The notes beneath the pieces were generated by a model that was not told the origin of the DNA, did no database searches, and saw only the letters and a list, made by a program, of their open reading frames with translations. From contig NW_021829447.1 of the NCBI RefSeq assembly GCF_006345805.1, forward strand, positions 1 through 6,254: a stretch of 6,254 nt of DNA, read 5' to 3'. Source of the DNA: Octopus sinensis. Lineage: Eukaryota. How positions within the stretch are numbered: the stretch's first letter is position 1; each line of letters opens with the position of its first letter. The translations under genes were made by a program, and so were the position numbers. Shown in pieces: positions 6,121 through 6,254 of the stretch.

Positions 6121-6152
6121 CGGAACAACCTGGTCGAGAAGCAAGCTTCTTC

Positions 6153-6163
6153 CCACACAGCCC
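6153..6163 (-). promoter_or_regulatory. Degenerate Pol III A box of the SINE
   Basis: GGGCTGTGTGG versus consensus TRGCNNARYGG, about 10 nt from the SINE 5' end. Confidence 0.6.
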
Positions 6164-6184
6164 CTCCTGCGTCTATATTTGAAA

Positions 6185-6213
6185 ATATATGTGTATATTA
6201 TATATGTGTGAAT

Positions 6214-6250
<37 letters not shown>

Positions 6251-6254
6251 ATAT
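6185..6254. repeat. Compound TA/TG/CATA microsatellite running to the window end
   Basis: Direct reading. Confidence 0.92.

Larger units (their letters stand above)
5989..6173 (-). mobile_element. tRNA-derived SINE, head and body with internal TATG/TG microsatellite; canonical 3' half absent or displaced (Octopus OK/OR-type; subfamily not assignable)
   Basis: Minus strand GACGCAGGAGGGGCTGTGTGGGAAGAAGCTTGCTTCTCGACCAGGTTGTTCCGGATTCATCCCCACTGAGTGGCACCTTGGACAAGTATCTTC...GACCAAAGCCTTGTGAGTGGATTTGGTAGACGGAAACTCAAAGAAGCCCATCG-TATATGTATGTTTGTGTG. It has a tRNA-like A/B-box layout, then the CACCTTG(G)RCAAG segment common in tRNA-SINE bodies. It closely matches the Octopus SINE as I recall it. Confidence 0.88.

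Noticed and set aside
1-6254. CRISPR array, tRNA or rRNA genes, prokaryotic operon
   Set aside because: No regularly spaced 23-50-nt repeats. The only tRNA-like signal is the degenerate SINE head, and the sequence is clearly eukaryotic repeat-rich DNA.

Overview
AT-rich eukaryotic non-coding DNA (intronic or intergenic), dense in microsatellites, with no intact protein-coding gene. It is most likely an octopus (cephalopod) genome; this is inferred from two pieces of a tRNA-derived SINE I recognise from memory of Octopus repeats, not from a database search. Well-supported content: (i) the left end of a decayed Tc1/mariner DNA transposon on the minus strand (1-836), with its terminal inverted repeat, a TA target dinucleotide inside a perfect (TA)38 array, and a frameshifted, stop-riddled transposase; (ii) a ~360-nt polypurine (GA-rich) tract; (iii) several compound TA/TG/TATG microsatellites; (iv) a minus-strand tRNA-derived SINE head and body (5989-6173) plus an orphan SINE 3' tail (2463-2496). 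The other listed ORFs are repeat artefacts or unsupported. The best leads are a near-complete type I hammerhead-ribozyme-like motif at 3164-3218 inside a hairpin-rich island, a candidate minus-strand non-coding or start-codon exon (1525-1368) behind a ~365-nt AG-free polypyrimidine tract, and a possible ~190-bp insertion splitting the SINE. None of these leads is established as a new system.
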